From the human T2T-CHM13v2.0 reference genome, Homo sapiens: a DNA stretch of 64,000 bases. The notes under the pieces were generated by a model, which made no database searches, had not been told where the DNA came from, and saw only the letters and a program-made list of their open reading frames with translations. Made by a program: the position numbers and the translations under genes. Of the stretch, positions 53,436 through 64,000 are shown in pieces. Each line of letters begins with the position of its first letter. Position 1 is the first letter of the stretch. The stretch is from NCBI RefSeq assembly GCF_009914755.1, contig NC_060938.1, one strand, 5' to 3'.

Positions 53436-54264
53436 GGTCGAACATGTGATTTATTTCATTGGCCAGAACCACATCATATGGCCAGTACTAATTGCAAGGG
53501 AGGTAGAGAAAGGGAGCATTTAATTTGTCTAGCCTCTAAAAAAGACATGAGCATGAAAGATGTCAATTGCAGATAAAAGTGTTGGTTTAACTATCCAAAA
53601 ACATCTGCCACATCATACTAGGTCCTCATTCCCCAGAAGAGACTCTGATGATACATCTTGATATTCTTATTACTGTTATTACCCTAACAGCATGTGCCAA
53701 AGGAAGCTGAAGTCTGTTAAGAGCTCTACAGAGCTCTTCAAATGTAGTATTGTTTTTGCTCCAAAAAATATACTGTAGGTTTTCTTCCTTGCAACTGTCC
53801 TGTGGGAAATCAATATCTCTCAAGAGGCATCAGCTGATGTTTCAGAGGAATGATGGTCCACTGCCCCTGATACTGATATGCGCAGTTCCAGGCAGTTCTT
53901 AAAGCTAGTCGCTTTAACGCCTCACAGAGATCATCATGTTCTTAAACATCGATACGGAATTCACTTCCATCTCCCTGAGAAGCAGTCCCCTGAAGACCCA
54001 GCACAATATTTCCGTGGGTCCCACATGTGCATATGACATAACCCTCAAAATCCTAGGGATGTTTTAATTGAGGTAATACTTTTACAGCTATTTATAGGAT
54101 CTCTAGCACAATTCTTTTCTCAGGAACTTAAAAAATGGGTATTAGCTAACCATGAGTAACCATGTTTCCTTCTCCCTTCCCCATTCCCATTCAGCTGTAT
54201 GTAGGCAAATCTACCATCCCAACTTTCTCGATGTTGAAGCTATGATTTATTTTATAGCAGGCTT

Positions 54265-54825
54265 TCTATTTTATTTTATTTTTAAACTTTTATTTTAGGT
54301 TCAGGAGTACATATGCAAGTTTGTTATGTAGGTAACCTGCATGCCACGGGGGTTTGGTGTACGGATTATTTCATCACCCAGGTAATAAGCATATTACCTG
54401 ACATGTTTTTCAATACTCACCTTCCTCCCACCCTTCATCCTCAAGAAAGCCTGGGTGTCTGTTGTTCCCTTCTTCGTGTCCATGTGTACTCAATGTTTAG
54501 CTCCCACATAGAAGTGAGAACATGTGATATTTGGTTTTCTTTCCCGTGTTAATTTGTTTAGAATAATGGCCTTCAGCTCCATCCATGTTGCTGCAAAGGA
54601 TGTGATCTCATTCTTTCTTATGGCTGTGTAGCATTCCATGGTGTATATGTATCACATTTTCTTTATCCAGTCTACCATTGTTGGGCATTTATGTTGACTC
54701 CATGTCTTCGTTAGTGTGAATAGTGCTGTGATGAACATAGGTGTGCATATGTCTTTATGGTAGAAAAATTTATATTCTTTTAGGTATATACCCAACAATG
54801 AGATTGCTGGGTCAAATAATAATTC
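54265..54825 (-). mobile_element. L1 (L1PA/PB-like) 3' end
   Basis: T-rich tail, then GTACATATGCAAGTTTGTTATGTAGGTAA.. through ..GATTGCTGGGTCAAAT. Confidence 0.85.
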
Positions 54826-54944
54826 TATAGAAGGCTTTTTAAAGTGTGGGCTAGTATTGAAGGTAAAGATTGCCTTATGCAGTTCTGTATGCTCCTCTGT
54901 TCCTGGCACAAAGAAGACAGTCAATTAAAAATGTTTACATGAGA

Positions 54945-55271
<327 letters not shown>

Positions 55272-56240
55272 TTAATTCTCATATCTGTGCCTCTGTGCCA
55301 CCCAGAAATGCAGAAGGAAGCTTATAAACAAAAAACAGTGGGTTAAATTATCTGACCTTCATGGGGACAGTACAAACTATATTCATAAGCAGTAATAGAA
55401 CATGGCATTATTTACTTTATTGTGGTGTTGTCACATCATCAGTCTCTTACTTCATGTTTCTGGGTTTTGTTTCTTGCTTAAGATCTAGAGAATTAGGCCA
55501 CTTTATCATTGTCACAAAAAAGTAGTCTTGGAAACCAAGCGATCCATCACTTCATCTCAACTGGGCAATTCAGCTTTTCTGGAATGCAAATATGTTTGTC
55601 TTCACCTTGAGATTTGAACTTTCTAATTAGTAATTCTTTTTCTTAGTGATCATAAAGATCAAGCAAGAAAGTACTAGTCTTCCTAGACTTGAACACTACC
55701 TACATACATTATATGTATTTTACTAAAAATAGACATTCCTAGACGATGACAAGAAAACTATGTAATAACATTTATGGAATGGAATGTAACCAAAGCTATA
55801 CTCCAAGTATACTAGCGAAGGCCAAACTATTCTAACAAATATATGCCAAACGTTCAGAGGCTTAATGAACAAAGTTTGTCTTTCTTGTGAAAATCTGGAG
55901 CAGATATTCCAGGTCAGCAGATGACTCTGCCTTACATGAACTTTGAGGAACTGAGGTTATTCTCATTTGGGGACTCTGCTATTTCTCAGAGACTTACCAT
56001 CATATGCAGGGTCATGGCCTGGCTATGCCAGGTTTCACTTAGCAAGGAGATGAACGAGTGGGTATGGAGCAGGCATGACCATTCCCTTAAGAATCATGGA
56101 CAAGAAATAATAGAATTACTGACTCCTAAGATTATGGACAGCTTTGGGTAGCCTGTCCTTCAATGGTAAGACAATTTTAGAAGTATCTACCATCTTTCAT
56201 AAAACGTGTGGACACTAGTTTTCAGCTATTCTGCACCAGC

Positions 56241-56256
56241 TCACAAGATGGCGGTG
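56241..56256 (+). promoter_or_regulatory. Candidate CTCF site upstream of TRAV36/DV7
   Basis: TCACAAGATGGCGGTG. Motif match only. Confidence 0.5.
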
Positions 56257-56521
56257 TTCTATTTTGAATGACTTCCATGGGTGATTGAGTGGGAGGGATT
56301 TGAATTTAAATAGAACCAAATGACACTTTTTTTAATGGTTGGCTGAATTGCCAAATTGCTATTTCCCTTTTTCTGAGTGTGTGTCTGTGTGCATGTGTGT
56401 GTGCACGCACGCGCACACAGGCAGACGCTAGGGGTAGAGTGTGATGGTTCAAAAAGAAAAGGAAACGCTTAAAGGTAGTGAATCACGTTTTGCCCAGGAA
56501 AACACACTTGATAACTGAAGG

Positions 56522-57014
56522 ATGATGAAGTGTCCACAGGCTTTACTAGCTATCTTTTGGCTTCTACTGAGCTGTAAGTAGGGTTACTACAAAGGGTCAG
56601 GGGCAACCAGGAAACCTGAGGATTGATCCTCAGAACACTAAGAGGGTAAAGTAGACTTCGTTCTGACTTATTGTCTGGGAGCCCTGTGGTTCCAACGGTG
56701 AATAATTATCACATTTTTCTACACAGGGGTGAGCAGTGAAGACAAGGTGGTACAAAGCCCTCTATCTCTGGTTGTCCACGAGGGAGACACTGTAACTCTC
56801 AATTGCAGTTATGAAGTGACTAACTTTCGAAGCCTACTATGGTACAAGCAGGAAAAGAAAGCTCCCACATTTCTATTTATGCTAACTTCAAGTGGAATTG
56901 AAAAGAAGTCAGGAAGACTAAGTAGCATATTAGATAAGAAAGAACTTTTCAGCATCCTGAACATCACAGCCACCCAGACCGGAGACTCGGCCGTCTACCT
57001 CTGTGCTGTGGAGG
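56522..57014 (+). CDS. TRAV36DV7: T-cell receptor alpha variable 36/delta variable 7 (leader 56522-56573, V exon 56727-57014)
   Basis: MMKCPQALLAIFWLLLS+T|gtaag ... acacag|WVSSEDKVVQSPLSLVVHEGDTVTLNCSYEVTNFRSLLWYKQ..DSAVYLCAVE. Open frame. Confidence 0.97.
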
Positions 57015-57053
57015 CACAGTGCTCCCTAGTCACCTGCAGCCTGTACTCAAATT
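57015..57053 (+). other. V-RSS of TRAV36/DV7
   Basis: CACAGTG + 23 nt + ACTCAAATT. Confidence 0.88.
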
Positions 57054-59509
57054 CTACAGCTGAGGCTCTGCAACTGTAAGATGGGGAACTTGCTACATTG
57101 AGCAAGCCCTCAAAAATAAACTATACGGAAAAGCAGTTATTGGTCAAAATCCTTGTGCCTATGTTGACAATTACTTTTGCAGTTTACTGAATCCTAACTC
57201 AGAGTCATATCGCTGCATTCACTACTTTCTCTGTGAGTTTTCTATGGGATTCAGCATAGCTAATATTTCTAGAGGGTCACTCAGGATACTAACTCCATTG
57301 CCACACCATTATGCTCTGTGGTAGAAAGCAAGCCCTTTTATCAGGATTGTACAGGCAACTGATATGTGCACTACACATTAGGGAATCTGCCTAACAGCTA
57401 TGGATGTTTTAGCTTCTTTCCCAGGACAGGCACATTTATAGGTAAAGTTCTGCCTATAACATTTTTTTCTGGACCTACTAGCAAAGAACAAAGGGTAGGA
57501 ACAAGCAGGTATCATTACCTGATTAAAACAAAAGGTTTTCATTCTCAGTTGCATTATTCTTACTTACTATCTTCATTTTAGGATTGTTGCCTATGCTAGG
57601 TACTTCATTAAAGTGGTGATAGAATTTTTCAAGATATTACACATTAATTTGTGTACTTAGAACCTTAAGCAGCCTACGAAAAGAAAGGAGTTAGTTGAAG
57701 TAAGTTATGTGAAGCTAACATAAACTTAGCCTACTTATGTTGTGATACACTCTTTCAATGAATTATGTAATCATATGTATGGTATTTACAAAGAGCTTGC
57801 AATGGAAGCTACCATTTATTGAAAGCAAGTATTATGTACCTTGTATTTTGCAAATATCATCTCATTGAATTCTCAAAATCACTTTGATAAATCATCAATA
57901 TTACTTTCTGTTAACATATTAGGAAATGCAGACTCAGAAAGATTAAGCCCCCTTCCCCACCTCCTACCCCAGACAAATAACTATAACAGAATCTGAAATC
58001 AGGTCTATGACTCCAAACTATACTTTGTCTATTACATGCCCCGATGTTAAACATCACTGAGGAGAAAATTTACCCACAGTGTGACCACAATTATGTGTAA
58101 AAAATGTACACAAAATACGAAAATAATGTGTTTAACATGTAAATAAAATAACATTTGCAATAATATGTGAATAAAATAACTCCAAAAGTTTGCAACAGTA
58201 TTAGTTATCTTTGAATACTGAACTTAATACTGTTCATTGTTTTACTCCTTTATAATATTCTTTATTTTTCAAATTATCTACTATGAACTCAATACTATTA
58301 TTATTTCAGAAAGAAAAATATACATTTTAAAATACCAAAATCCAAGTAGGCTGAACTGCATTATATGATTATTATCTGACACTCACAGTAGCTTAATTAC
58401 AATGAGGAATAGACATGACTATACATAGCCAAATGATACAGCATTAAAACAAGATTTTTGATTGCTAGCTCTTCAAATCACTGTAGACTAGTGCTCTCTT
58501 CAATTGGGAATGTTTTAAAATTACAAGAAGACCTATTTTTCCTGAGAATTTATTTGAATGACTGTCCTATGGGTAGAATGCTTTAATATCCCATCTCTGT
58601 GTAGGAGAGGACAGGCAGTAAAGGCCACCCGTGCTTGTGAGTTCATTAGACAATTCATTGCAAATTGGGCATGGTTTAGGTTTCACTGTCTGGGAAATGG
58701 GGAGATAGCCTGAGAAAAGGGAAGGTAAACATTCAAAGAGGAGGGGAAGAAACAGTATAAAAATTAATAGAATGTATCCTGCCATTTTTAGCCTGCACAG
58801 TCTTCTGTCCATTTTCCTTTCTCCTTTCTATCTACATCAAAACCCAGAAATCACACAGTGGATATAAGAGGAAACTCTGACAGTCATTTATTTAAGACTG
58901 AAAAATAGAGCAGGAAACCCTATGCAAGATGCCCAGTGTGTCTGGCTCTGCGGTATGAAGAGTTTATGATTTAGAAGCCAGAGATTTAGCTGTCTTTGAC
59001 GGGAATGTGCAGTTGGAAGGGGGAAGTTTCTTTTTTCACTCTTTATTGTTTCCTATCCTAATGAGAACCAAACAATTTACATCTCAAAAGATCAACCTGT
59101 CACCAAAATAACATGTATTTTAATGCTAAGACTAAATATCCATTTGTTATAAAAGAAAAAACAAATTAAAAAAAATTTATAACCTCAACCTACAGACATT
59201 ACCACTATTAACTATTTAGCATTTTGCTTTCCATTTCACCTGTATCAATGAACATGAAAAAATAAGTCTGTAGAGATGTGGGGAATTCAACTTATTTCAA
59301 ACAAAGAGTGTTTCTCAAAGTCACTGCAAAAATAGGTGTTTCTGTTCCTTAAAAAAATCTACATGGTTAAGATCCTCCCACTTTTGACCTGTGAGTTGTG
59401 ATAAAAAGCTTCCAGAAAACTCATCTCAGTGACTTGATTATGAAATGCTACCAGTTTGAAGCAGTCACTGAAAAACATAAGGTCATAAATCAGGAATCCA
59501 GAAGAAACA

Positions 59510-59950
59510 ATGAATAGCAACTTTATCTTCACTTCACTTCTAACACAGGCTCTCCAAGGTAACAGCCCTATCCTGTACCCAGAGTGGCCCTTCTGGAGAA
59601 GGTGGCTGGTTTGACCTATGACTGTTGAGTGTTTTACATTGCAGGGTCTGGGAGAGCAGACTGGATCAAGCCCCAGGAGACAGAAGTATCTGGAACAGAA
59701 GGGAAGACTGTGAACCTACTTTGTAACTATGGTACATCATCGGGGAGCTATCTTGATCTCTGCTGGTTTTGACAGTATCCGAGCCAGGCATCAGAATACA
59801 TTCTCTACAGAGGGTGGGGATATTCTGGAAAAGGAGATGCCAGTTTTGCCATAGGAAAGTTTATTCAAAGAGTACAGCAAATGCAATAAATGTGTACATT
59901 AGAAATCTGGTTCCTGCAGACACTGCCTTATATTACTGTGTGCTGAGATG
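59510..59950 (+). pseudogene. Divergent TCR alpha/delta-type V pseudogene (leader 59510-59558, V exon 59645-59950)
   Basis: Leader MNSNFIFTSLLTQALQ+G|gtaac, 86-nt intron ending ttacattgcag. V exon reads GSGRADWIKPQETEVSGTEGKTVNLLCNYGTSSGSYLDLCWF*QYPSQASEYILYRGWGYSGKGDASFAIGKF/(frameshift)YSKSTANAINVYIRNLVPADTALYYCVLR. Both Cys, the conserved Trp and DTALYYC are present. Confidence 0.9.
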
Positions 59951-59989
59951 CACAAAAAGAACACTTCCTAGGGGTGTCATACAAAAACA
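59951..59989 (+). other. V-RSS of the divergent V pseudogene
   Basis: CACAAAA + exactly 23 nt + ACAAAAACA, directly after YYCVLR. Confidence 0.8.
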
Positions 59990-61078
59990 CCAGCGCATAG
60001 GAGGAAGGAGAGCATTTGTTATAACCACACTGATTTTTTTTTTTTTTTGCAAAGGCGTCATTGTAAGTGGAAGACACTGGATCAGGAGAATTCTGCTTTA
60101 ATAATAGCTATATATAGTAATTTGTAGGCAAATAGCTTGAGCTTTTAGAGTTTCCATTTCCTGAAATTGGATAGCAATTCTAATTTGTAAGCTTTTATGA
60201 GACATGGTTTTAACACTTGGATTAAGTGCCTAGCATGTCCTACATGCTCAGCAAATGGCAAATATCTTTTCTTGCTCTCCCTCTCTGTCTAACTACTTTG
60301 ACCTCAAAGGACCCTTCTTTCACTATCTGAGAATCTTCTATATACTCCTACTGGTAAAATAACAACAACAATAACAATAATAATAATAATAACCCTAAAA
60401 ACATACATGCAAGACCTAGATAGAGAAGGCTTCTTTGCCCAGGGATCAATGGTCATTGTGCCAGGATTTTAAAAGTGTATGCTCAGCAAATCCAACAATC
60501 AGAGGACAAAAGGACCCCGAGACACTAGCTCCTGAGTTCATAGACCAGGGCAGTTGGGCATTTATCGTGATCTGAACAAGAACAGGAGAGAGTTCCTCAC
60601 AAGACTAAAGAGAAGAGAAAGACATTTAGCATTAGGTGGGTGGTGGGAGAGAAGAGAGAAATTCTTGGGAAGACTACAGCCATGTTCTGGTGTCAGATCT
60701 GACCTCCCTAGATGGAGAAGAGAGGCCAAGTGAGGCAGTGGGTCCTCAGCCCACCTGGTAGAGGAAGAGGGCACCTGCCACTTCCTGCACTGGTTCAAAC
60801 TACACTCCTAACAGAATCCTATCATTTAATCTGGATGTGAGCAAAGCCTAGCATCTTTGTTTGGACTGGTGATAGATGAAAGGTAAAAGAGGAAGGAAGA
60901 TTTAATTTAGAGCCTTATTCAATAGTCTGCAGCAGCACTAGCACCTTACTGCTTGCAGGCCGGAAACCTCAAGGTCTAGCAGTTCACAGTGAAGCCTGCA
61001 CCACACTGGCTGCTGAGTAACTGCCCCAGTCACTAGGAGGGCTTGGAAATCAGACAGCAAATGACACCTTAAAAAATA

Positions 61079-63511
61079 TGTATAAGGCCATTCTTGCACT
61101 GTTATAAAGAAATACCTGAGACTGTGTAATTTATAAAGAAAAGAGGTTTAATTGGCTCATGGTTCTGCAGGTTTTACAGGAAGCATGGTGCTGGCATCTG
61201 GTTGGCTTCTCAGAAGGCCCCAGGAAGCTTATAATCATGGTGGAAGGCAAAGGGGGAGCAGGCATGTCACATGGCCAGAGCAGGAGCAAATGAGAGAGAG
61301 TGAGGGGGAAGATGCAACACACTTTATTTAAACCAGATCTTGTGAGAACTCACTCACTAAAGCAAAGACAGCACCAAGCCATAAGGGATCCCACCTCCAT
61401 GATACAAACACCTCCCCCCAGGCCCCACCTCTAGCACTGAGGAATACAATTCAACATGATTTGGATGGGGACAAATATCCAAACTATATCATTCCACTCT
61501 TGATCCCTCCTAAGTCTCATCTCCTTCTCACATTGCAAAACACAATCATACCTTCCCAATAGTCCTCCAAAGTTTTAACAAATTCCAGAATTAACTCAAA
61601 AGTCCCAAGTCTCATCTGAGACAAGTCAAGCTTTTCCACCAATGAGTCTGTAAAGTCAAAAACAAGTTATTTACTCCCAAGATATAATGTGAGTATACAC
61701 ATTGGGTGAACATTCCCATTTCGAAAGGGAGAAATTGGCCAAAAGAAGGGGCCACAGGTCTCATACAAGTTCAAAACCCAGCAAGGCAGCCATTAAATCT
61801 TAAAGCTCCAAGATAATCTCCTTAGACTCCATGTCTCACATCCAGGACACACTGGTTCAAGAGGTGGGCTCCCAAGGCGTTGGGCAACTCCACCTCTGTG
61901 GCTTTGCAGGGTGCCACCCCCACAGCTTCTCTCATAGGTTGTTGAGTGTCTGGCTTTTCCAGACACAGGGTGCAAGCTGCCAGTGGATGTACTATTCTGG
62001 GATCTGGAAGATGGTGACCCCTTTCCCACAGCTCTACTAGGCAGTGCTTCAGTGAGGATTCTGTGTGGGGCCTCCAACTCCTATTTCCCCTCCACACTGC
62101 CCTAGTAGAGGTTATTTGTGGGGGCTCTCCCCATGCAGCAGTCTTCTGCCTTGGCACCCAGGCTTTCTCATACATCCTTTGAATCTAGGTGGAGGCTGCC
62201 AAGCCTCTTTCACTCTTACATTGTGTGTGCCTGCAGGCTTAACACCACATGGAAGCTGCCCAGAGTTATGGCTTGCACCCTCCAAAGTGGCAGCCTGAGA
62301 TGTACCTCGGCCCCTTTGGGTCATAGCCAGAGTGGCCAGGATGTGGGGAGCAGTGTCTTGAGGCTGTGCAGGGCAGCAGAGTCCTGGACCTGGCCCCTGA
62401 AACCATTCTCTCCTCCTAGGCCTCAAGGCCTGTGATGGGAGGGGCTGCTGCAAACATCTCTGAAATGCCTTTGAAGCCTTTTCCCCATTGTCTTGGCTAT
62501 CTGGCTGTCTTTTAGTTATGCAAATATCTCTGGCAAGCAGTTGCTTTGAGGCTTGCTTGAATTCCTTTCCTGAAAAATCTTTTTCTTTCTCTCCCACATG
62601 GCTAGGCTACAAATTTTCCAAACTTTTACACTCTGCTTTTTAAAATACAAGTTCTAGCTTTAAGCCATTTCTTTGCTACTGCATCTGAGCATAGGTTATT
62701 AGAAGCAGCCAGGTCACCTCTTGAATGCTTCACTGCTTAGAAATTGCTTCCACCAGATATACTAAATTATCACTCTGAAGTTCAAACTTCCACAAATCCC
62801 TAGGGCAGGGGCACAATGCAGCCAAGTTTGTTGCTAAGGAATAGCATGGGTGACATTCACTCCAATTGCCAATAAGTTCCTCATTTCCATCTGAAATTTC
62901 ATCAGCCTGGCCTTCATTGCCCATATCACTATCAGCATTTTGGTCACAATCATTTAACCAGTCTCTAAGAGGTTCCAAATTTTCGCTCATCTTCCTGTCT
63001 TCTGAGCCCTCCAAATTTCTCAGACCTCTGCCTGTTACCTGGTTCCAAAGCTGCTTCCACATTTTCAGGTATCTTTATAGTAATGCCCCACTTCTCAGTA
63101 CCAATTTGCTTTATTAGGCCTTTCATGCACCACTATAAAGAAATACCTGAAACTTGGTAATTTATTAAAAAAAAAGGTTTAATTGGCTTATGGCTCTTCA
63201 GGCTTTACAGGAAGCATGGTGCTGGCATCTGGGGAGGCCTAAGGAAGCTTTCAATCATGACAGAAGGCAAAAGGGGAGCAGGCATGTCACATGGCCAGAA
63301 CAGACACAAGACAGAGAGAGTGAGGGGGAGGAGCCACACACTTTTAAATGACTAGATCTTGTGAGAACTCACTCACTATTGCAAAGACAGCACCAAGTCA
63401 TGAGGGATCTGCCCTCATGATCCACATATTTCCCCCCAGGCCCCACCTCCACCATTGGGGATTATAATTCAACATAAGATGTGGGTTGGGACAAATATGC
63501 AAATAATATCA
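61079..63511 (-). mobile_element. Full-length MST (MSTA-like) MaLR: LTR 61079-61491, internal region, LTR ~63110-63511
   Basis: Two similar LTRs with an internal region homologous to the THE1 internal at 27.6-29.1 kb in the opposite orientation. Flanks AAATA/CAATA. Confidence 0.92.
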
Positions 63512-64000
63512 CAATAATTTCTTTTATAAAAAAGTGAAAAATACTTTTATTAGAGAATAATTTTCAAAGATCTGTTTAAAACTAACTTTTAAAAACAATG
63601 AACTATGGGAAACATTCACTAATGCATAAAATAAAATATGTAATCTTTTTCATTTTCAGTTTGTGCAAAGTTATTTTCACACCCTGCTGGTAGCAACACA
63701 ATATATTGGTACAATCTTTTACACAGTGAATTACTTGGAAAGGGATTTTGAGATTCATTAAACAGTTCATGCCTTTGAACTGTTTGAAACTGAATGAACA
63801 CCTTTGATCCATTTCTCAGAATTTATATTAAAGATTGATTTTAAGTAGAAAAAACCCTCTAGGCAAGAAAATAGTAAAAATTTCTCAACCAGTTAGAGGA
63901 ATTTGGATGGCAACTTGACTGAATACTTTACAACTATTTAATGAGTTAATAATACTAAAAACATAGTAATGCTCTTGACATACAGTTAGAGAAAACATAG

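Noticed and set aside
58075-58115. Isolated CACAGTG heptamers (also 8603, 11017, 26482, 58854, 60985, 63722)
   Set aside because: No acceptable nonamer at 12 or 23 nt and no V exon upstream.

Overview
This window is primate, almost certainly human, genomic DNA from the T-cell receptor alpha/delta (TRA/TRD) variable-gene array. All V segments lie on the + strand, each with a leader exon, a phase-1 intron, a V exon and a 3' RSS with a 22-23 nt spacer. In order they are the pseudogenes TRAV31, TRAV32 and TRAV33, then the intact TRAV26-2, TRAV34, TRAV35 and TRAV36/DV7. An eighth, divergent V pseudogene lies at 59510-59989. It keeps its leader, splice sites, both Cys and a recognisable 23-RSS, and has only two coding lesions. 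Gene names come from recognising the translations and the locus order, not from a database search. The intergenic DNA is mostly Alu, L1, LTR/ERV (MER4-group, LTR2-like, MLT, full-length THE1 and MST) and Tigger remnants; subfamily names are approximate. Notable structures are a ~540-bp templated insertion with an 11-bp target duplication that brackets TRAV26-2, a nested inverted/direct rearrangement at 12.1-13.1 kb, a 450-bp tandem duplication, a twin-primed L1 inside a Tigger, and same-orientation CTCF-like motifs upstream of several V leaders. I found no evidence of a wholly new biological system. Most ORF-track entries are repeat-derived noise.
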